Shown here piece by piece: positions 58,715-64,000 of a stretch of DNA of 64,000 nt. Within the stretch, counting starts at the first letter, position 1. Every line of letters starts with the position of its first letter. A model generated the notes under the pieces. That model saw only the letters and a program-made list of their open reading frames with translations. It did no database searches and had not been told where the DNA came from. Made by a program: the position numbers and the translations under genes. The stretch is from a virus. Its lineage: Duplodnaviria; Caudoviricetes. The stretch spans positions 1 to 64,000 of IMG/VR virus record IMGVR_UViG_3300028603_000018; one strand, written 5' to 3'.

Positions 58715-60988
58715 ATGTCTGGATTTCATAGTAGTCCGAATTACTTGTCAGCTTTCCCGAAGGGTTATAACCCAAATAACCCCCCACCCTTTAATGTAAC
58801 TGTTCAATATGTCCCTGAATTGACGCAGTTATATGGATATCTTGCAGGTTCTTTGGTTCAGGAAATTGAAAATCGAAGAGCAGAGAATATTCCACGCACG
58901 TTCATGTTCAATAAGATGGCTTATAATGGCTATATGAACGATGACTTTCGTGATCTTCTCATGCAAGCTATTCGAATTTGTTTGGTTAAGCGCTTTTGTC
59001 GAAATGAAAGTGATTGGTACGTCATTGTAGATTCTGCTGCGAAAGAAACAATTAATGTCGTTTTAGCAGCAATGGTTCTTACTAACATGACGTTAAGGAG
59101 TATGTATCAGCCTGAGCCTCACTTGATGTCTAGTTTTCAAAACGCATTTAGCCTTTTAGAAACCAATGAGCGAGAAGCTGAATTTGTTATTCAGTCAATC
59201 AATGCTCAGAATATGCATAACCAACACAACCCAACTATGATGGGAATGCATAATCCTAATACGACACCCATGACACCCATGACACACGGATATAACCCAA
59301 CAGGAGCAGGTATGATGAACTCTCCCTATCAAGCAATGAACGAACCTATTGTAGAGACTCCAGAGTTCGGTCGCATTCCTCTTTCGATGTATAATCGACT
59401 GGTTGCTGAACGAGAGCAACTTCGTCGTCAACAGATGTATAGTCCACAACCACACCAAGCCATGCACAGCCATAGCCAAGGTGGGATGATGAATCACCAA
59501 CCCCAACAAAATAACCGTAATCCCTTGTTATCTGAGAACGTTCAGCGTCAATTAGTTCGTGCTCCTAATATGGGCATGGGATCAAATGTGATTAATTCAT
59601 CTGTTCCTTCAGATATGATTAGTCAGTGGGGTGTTGTTGGACATGAGGTGGATGAACATGAAATCTCTCCTCAATCAAGCAATATTCAGCGAGTAGAACC
59701 TGTAACTAATAACTTACGACAGGAAAATACTATGACTACACAAGCAACTACAATTACGTCAGTTCGGAATGGGGTTGAATACTTCGGAGAGAAACCAGTC
59801 TTTCGCTCAACAGAAGACCCTGATCACTTCTACTGCGAGTTTGACGGAACGCTAGTCGTTTTGTTTACTCCTGAATATCCTGGTATTCCAGCAAATAATC
59901 CAGGGAAGAATAAACGAATTTACAAAATCAATAACGTCACAGGTAAGGCTGTCGTTACCCTCATTGACTTAACGGAGCAGGAGAAGATGGATATTGCTCG
60001 ACATCGTATCTTAATGAACGAAGAAGAAGCACAGCGTCGTTTGAATGCATTGAAGATGGCTGTTGCTTCTCCCATGGTTCATTTGGACGATTGCATTAAA
60101 GAAAGGGAAGTTGAATCCGCCTCCTCTGATGAAGTAAGTATTACTGAGGAAGTCATTGAACTACCTGACTATACTCACGTCGTAAAAGAAGACTTATCTA
60201 CTATTGAAGATACGTCTCGCTTTCATGAAACGCAACGTATTCAAATTGCTTCTGAAGTCGATGAACCATCGGCCTTCACTACGGTAAGTAATCAAGTAAC
60301 CATTCTACCTGAACTGACTTTTGAAGGTGTTGGTGGTGAAGTAATTAACCGGTTACGTAATGCGCGGTCATTTAAGGCTGTTAGTGACGTTTTTAGCTCA
60401 GTACGTAGTTCAACTGACAGTGAAGACGATGATATCGCTGTAGACGCTTATAAACGCCTTATTGACAAACTAGAAGCTATGTTTGTTAAAGCAGTTAATG
60501 AACGTCTCCAAATTCAGATCGGTATTGACGTAACTGTTACTGACTGGCATACTGCTTATACGCCTTTGTTAAAAGGTCTGGAAGAGCATTATGGAGCTTT
60601 TACTGCTGAAATCTTCTTACGAGACGAAGCTAGTTTTATCAAAGGCGTCTTTAATGAAGTTACAGAAGAGATTATTCTTTCTGTTAAATCATTATTGAAT
60701 GATAAAGTAGAGATGGATGGTGTAGTTATTATCCCAGAACTCTCTTCTATCACAACCATCAAAGCAAAGATGAATGATCTTGATCTTGACTTTGATTCCT
60801 CCAACTCAGTTATGATTAATAGGAAGACACATCCCGTTCTACATGACTTAACTTCTACGATTCTCGATTACCGAACAGGTAATGGTGAGAAAGTGCTGCG
60901 AAATATTATTCGCACTCAAGATAATATGGAGTTCTCCATCCATAAAGGTCTTTGGAATTCATCCACTGTTTTCTTAAAGAAACTTTAA
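58715..60988 (+). CDS. Large core-block protein with central Q/N/M/P/H-rich low-complexity region
   Basis: 757 aa, directly after the RNAP subunit gene. Confidence 0.8.
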   Translation: MSGFHSSPNYLSAFPKGYNPNNPPPFNVTVQYVPELTQLYGYLAGSLVQEIENRRAENIPRTFMFNKMAYNGYMNDDFRDLLMQAIRICLVKRFCRNESDWYVIVDSAAKETINVVLAAMVLTNMTLRSMYQPEPHLMSSFQNAFSLLETNEREAEFVIQSINAQNMHNQHNPTMMGMHNPNTTPMTPMTHGYNPTGAGMMNSPYQAMNEPIVETPEFGRIPLSMYNRLVAEREQLRRQQMYSPQPHQAMHSHSQGGMMNHQPQQNNRNPLLSENVQRQLVRAPNMGMGSNVINSSVPSDMISQWGVVGHEVDEHEISPQSSNIQRVEPVTNNLRQENTMTTQATTITSVRNGVEYFGEKPVFRSTEDPDHFYCEFDGTLVVLFTPEYPGIPANNPGKNKRIYKINNVTGKAVVTLIDLTEQEKMDIARHRILMNEEEAQRRLNALKMAVASPMVHLDDCIKEREVESASSDEVSITEEVIELPDYTHVVKEDLSTIEDTSRFHETQRIQIASEVDEPSAFTTVSNQVTILPELTFEGVGGEVINRLRNARSFKAVSDVFSSVRSSTDSEDDDIAVDAYKRLIDKLEAMFVKAVNERLQIQIGIDVTVTDWHTAYTPLLKGLEEHYGAFTAEIFLRDEASFIKGVFNEVTEEIILSVKSLLNDKVEMDGVVIIPELSSITTIKAKMNDLDLDFDSSNSVMINRKTHPVLHDLTSTILDYRTGNGEKVLRNIIRTQDNMEFSIHKGLWNSSTVFLKKL

Positions 60989-61099
60989 AACTTTCCCCTT
61001 AAAATAAGGCAAGGCATTCTTTACCTAAGTTACAGCCTAAGTTACAAGGATGCCGTCTTTTTCATTTATTAATCATTCTTATTTTATTCCTTAGTAATT

Positions 61100-61279
61100 A
61101 TGAGCTTCTCTAATAGTGCAATGGCGCAAGCCTTTGAAAAATCCGGCATCGTTAAACTCAAAGACGAAACGGCATACAACCTAAATGCTACTCTCTCCGC
61201 TACTCATGACGAAAAGAGAGCAGCTTTTAATAGTAAGCAGCAGTCTAAAACACACAACAAAAAAGCAGTAACTAAATAA
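61100..61279 (+). CDS. Micro-protein (59 aa) with S1-tail-like N-terminus, not in ORF track
   Basis: MSFSNSAMAQAFEKSGIVKLKDETAYNLNATLSATHDEKRAAFNSKQQSKTHNKKAVTK; no strong RBS. Confidence 0.55.
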   Translation: MSFSNSAMAQAFEKSGIVKLKDETAYNLNATLSATHDEKRAAFNSKQQSKTHNKKAVTK

Positions 61280-61306
61280 TCTTCCTATATAGAGGAATTT
61301 TCACTC

Positions 61307-61600
61307 ATGTCGCAAATCAAAGATATCGAAATTAGTATTTCTGGTGGTAACAATGCAGTTCGTGAAGCAGTCGCTGACGAAGTCGGTCGTGCTTTGGATT
61401 TATCTGGATTCAGTAATATCTCGAATATTGATATCGATGCTTCAGAGCAATCAGATTCTCTTTCTTTGTTAGAGAGGGCGACGAATCGATATCCTGATCT
61501 ACTGGCTACATCGATCACTATCACTACGATCTCTGACCCGAGTGAAGTGGAGGAAGAAGTAACTGAGGTTGAAGAAGAACCTGAGTTCGAGGAAGGTTAA
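61307..61600 (+). CDS. Acidic hypothetical protein
   Basis: GAGGA RBS; followed by palindromic element 61607-61640. Confidence 0.75.
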   Translation: MSQIKDIEISISGGNNAVREAVADEVGRALDLSGFSNISNIDIDASEQSDSLSLLERATNRYPDLLATSITITTISDPSEVEEEVTEVEEEPEFEEG

Positions 61601-61794
61601 GATATAAAATTAGGAGTTCTTCGGAACTCCTAATTATGCCTCTATTTTTTTTTTTATTATAACAGAGTAGAATGTAATCTAGAATTAATCAATTACATAT
61701 AACTAGTTTGAATAGAAGTTTTATACTTCGTTGAGTATTTTAACTCAAAGGAAAAATCATCATTCCCTCTTATTTAATCATTAGGATATTTATC

Positions 61795-62106
61795 ATGAAC
61801 AACATTCACATCATCGTATTCTGCACACTGGTACTTGTCTCCATTCCTTTCTACTTCACTAAAACTTCGTTCTCTTTGATGAAGTGGTTGACGGCAGAAG
61901 CTGCTGATAATCCCAAAAAGTATTTTATCAAACAAATACTTGTGATCTTTGTTTCAATTACTGCAATGGTAATTGCTGCGATCTTCTCCCCCTATGCAAC
62001 AATCCTTTATGTGATCTTGGGATCTATTATTGAATTCTTACCTGCACGTAAAGCTCAACAAGCTAAGATCCGTGATAGGGTGGTCGAAGATATTCTTCAG
62101 CAATAA
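61795..62106 (+). CDS. Small multi-pass membrane protein
   Basis: Hydrophobic segments; behind duplicated promoter 61673-61752. Confidence 0.75.
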   Translation: MNNIHIIVFCTLVLVSIPFYFTKTSFSLMKWLTAEAADNPKKYFIKQILVIFVSITAMVIAAIFSPYATILYVILGSIIEFLPARKAQQAKIRDRVVEDILQQ

Positions 62107-62257
62107 GTAGATGAAGGAATTAGGATTTCATAAAAAAGGATTCTAATTCCTCTCTCTCTTTCTATTAGTTATTTCTGTATTCTAGATTATTTCAGAAACA
62201 TATAACTAATTTGAATAGTAATACTAATACATCATTTCAAGTACAAAGGAATCTATC

Positions 62258-62461
62258 ATGAACACGAAAACGAAAAGCATCTTGACCGACCTCGCCATTG
62301 GTGGTGGTATTATTGCAGCGGGTTGTGCAGCAGTGAAAGTGGTAGGAGAAGATTCTACTTCAAGTTTTCTCAAGAAAGCTGTTGCTTACGCCATTTTCTC
62401 TGCGGGTGTGTATCGCGTAACATCCACCATTGTCGAAGCAGCAAATCCGTTCGATATCTAA
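62258..62461 (+). CDS. Small membrane-associated protein
   Basis: AAAGGA RBS; LAIGGGIIAAGCAAV; behind duplicated promoter 62176-62208. Confidence 0.75.
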   Translation: MNTKTKSILTDLAIGGGIIAAGCAAVKVVGEDSTSSFLKKAVAYAIFSAGVYRVTSTIVEAANPFDI

Positions 62462-62583
62462 AACACTAAAAGGAGTCCCTTAATCAGGACTCCTTTTACT
62501 ACCTTTCTTTTTTTTTCTTTTTGTTGTAGTAAAAAGTAAGGCATAAATAGAGGACCAAATAGATCCTCTATTTATAGTGCTAC

Positions 62584-64000
62584 TTAAAACCCTGAATCTG
62601 TTTCATTAGGTTGGTCTGGGATTTCTTCTATTTCTTCTATTTCTTCAATATCAGGAGGACTTTCTACTTCACTGATATTCTCATCAATATCGAAATCAAA
62701 CGAATCATCACTACTCGATGAAGAATCTTCATCGTCTTCTTCATAAGAGCTAGTATAATTAGTATCACCCATATCCAGTCTTTCTTTTGCTTTCTCTAAC
62801 TTCTTCTTCATCCTCACATTATCAGCAACGTGTTTGACAAAGGCTGCTAGAGTGTTATGAGCAATAAGATCTTGTTCAGCAAAGAGAGAAGCAAATTCTG
62901 AATCATTAAATTTATCAGTAAAGAAACCAACAAGATCAGTCATAATACCTGCATCACTCATTGCCTTACGCATTAAGAATGCTTTAACTGTATCTCTAGC
63001 TTTATCTGCAAATCCTTCAGCAATATCACCAAAGACTTCAGAATCAAACATCGCATCAGTAAAGTGGTATTCTACGACTTTATCTACTAATGTCTCTAAA
63101 GCTTCGATCTCATTAATCTGATTTTCAATACGTACGTTTTTAGGACGAGGTAATTCAAAGAGTAAGCTATCGATAAAATCTTTACTCACTAATTCGATAA
63201 TCATTTTCTTAACATTAGGATTATCCTTAGCACTCTTCTCTAATTCCTTAGTTAACTCAATAGCATTAAAGTTCTTAGCGATCGTATTAACAACAGACTC
63301 ATAGACGTTTTGACTGTAGACACACATCTTTCTACAATGATCAGAGAGTTGAGGATTGAATTTATCCTGATAGAGAATAACTCGTTTAGCGAAGAGAATA
63401 TTATTACTAACAATAGTTGTAGCATGATCTGGTTGGTGAATATTATCAACTTGTTCAGGAGTTAAGCCAAATGACTTAGCGATATATTTCTCTAAATCCT
63501 CCATTAAATCAGCATCAGGTTTAACATAATTCATACCTTCTTGCCGCATCTGAATAGTGGTATCAGGTAATCCAGAATGTCCAGACCAAGCAAAACGAAT
63601 ACCTGCTTTAGCTAACCATTCAGTAATATCACTTGGGTTTTGAACTCCAATAGGCATCGACTCTTGGCGAGTCGTAGCGATCATATTGTAAATCAGTTCT
63701 TGTGTTTTAACTGGATCAGGATCTCTTGGATCAAGCACTACATCAATAACAGTTTCACCAATAGAATTCCTAATACTTGCTTTCACATTAGCCATCATGA
63801 CAATAGCACGAATAGAAGAGAGTACTTTGATCTTATCTAGAATGGATCTACCTACTCCAGCATTATTGTAATCGAAAGCAAAATAAGTGAAGAGTTCTTT
63901 TGGAACCCAAAGCGCTTGAGTTAAGTTACCTGCTAAGTGTCTAATTAACATGATTCGATAAATCTCTTGGTTAGTAGAGATCTTTGCAATAGAACCATGA
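62584..64000 (-). CDS. Portal protein, phiKZ gp129-like, C-terminal part (5' end outside window)
   Basis: Frame open to the window edge (..NQEIYRIMLIRHL); YFAFDY..GVGRS.L, LDPRDPDP, FGLTPEQVD, acidic tail; synteny. Confidence 0.75.
   Translation of the reverse strand, partial: HGSIAKISTNQEIYRIMLIRHLAGNLTQALWVPKELFTYFAFDYNNAGVGRSILDKIKVLSSIRAIVMMANVKASIRNSIGETVIDVVLDPRDPDPVKTQELIYNMIATTRQESMPIGVQNPSDITEWLAKAGIRFAWSGHSGLPDTTIQMRQEGMNYVKPDADLMEDLEKYIAKSFGLTPEQVDNIHQPDHATTIVSNNILFAKRVILYQDKFNPQLSDHCRKMCVYSQNVYESVVNTIAKNFNAIELTKELEKSAKDNPNVKKMIIELVSKDFIDSLLFELPRPKNVRIENQINEIEALETLVDKVVEYHFTDAMFDSEVFGDIAEGFADKARDTVKAFLMRKAMSDAGIMTDLVGFFTDKFNDSEFASLFAEQDLIAHNTLAAFVKHVADNVRMKKKLEKAKERLDMGDTNYTSSYEEDDEDSSSSSDDSFDFDIDENISEVESPPDIEEIEEIEEIPDQPNETDSGF

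Noticed and set aside
1610-62576. Palindromic elements as CRISPR repeats or integron attC sites
   Set aside because: Dispersed rather than regularly spaced, no cas or integrase gene in the window, and no GTTRRRY/RYYYAAC ends
9523-63840. Remaining short overlapping or antisense ORFs in the track (e.g. 9523, 10012, 12882, 13095, 13799, 25658, 27846, 29018, 30144, 46706, 51049, 59195, 63640)
   Set aside because: Each overlaps a better supported gene and lacks an RBS or motif
1-64000. Stop-codon reassignment
   Set aside because: Recognisable genes are full length under the standard code and end with TAA, TAG or TGA

Overview
AT-rich 64-kb segment of a phiKZ-like (Chimalliviridae-type) jumbo phage genome. 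The assignment rests on recalled family motifs and gene order, not on a search. The right end carries the conserved core block: SF2 helicase with an Ala1/class-3 intein, gp118-like DnaB helicase, gp120-like major capsid protein, gp123-like non-virion RNAP subunit and a partial gp129-like portal. The left end has the end of a collagen-repeat tail fibre plus a chaperone. The middle is a mostly plus-strand accessory region: nrdA with a Gln-terminated LAGLIDADG intein, nrdB, DHFR, NrdH, dCTP deaminase, PhoH, NADAR, SleB-like hydrolase, HD and DHH phosphoesterases, an RlmN-like radical SAM enzyme, a deaminase, ClpP, LamG and Kelch proteins, two tRNA-type genes and many unknown ORFs. Strongest unexplained signals: (1) putative virion-accessory genes sharing an MSKEL leader followed by G/C homopolymers, one out of frame (G6) and one in frame (C10), suggesting phase variation; (2) about 30 intergenic hairpins with conserved GGCATAAAT...ATTTATGCC outer arms; (3) near-identical promoter/terminator shells around unrelated cargo genes; (4) a coiled-coil gene followed by a roughly 370-nt structured non-coding tract; (5) two paralogous micro-ORFs behind a conserved switch-like leader; (6) a D-armless 8/4 tRNA-Arg(UCU)-like gene; (7) a micro-protein resembling the ribosomal protein S1 C-terminal tail. 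All RNA pairings and counts were made by eye.
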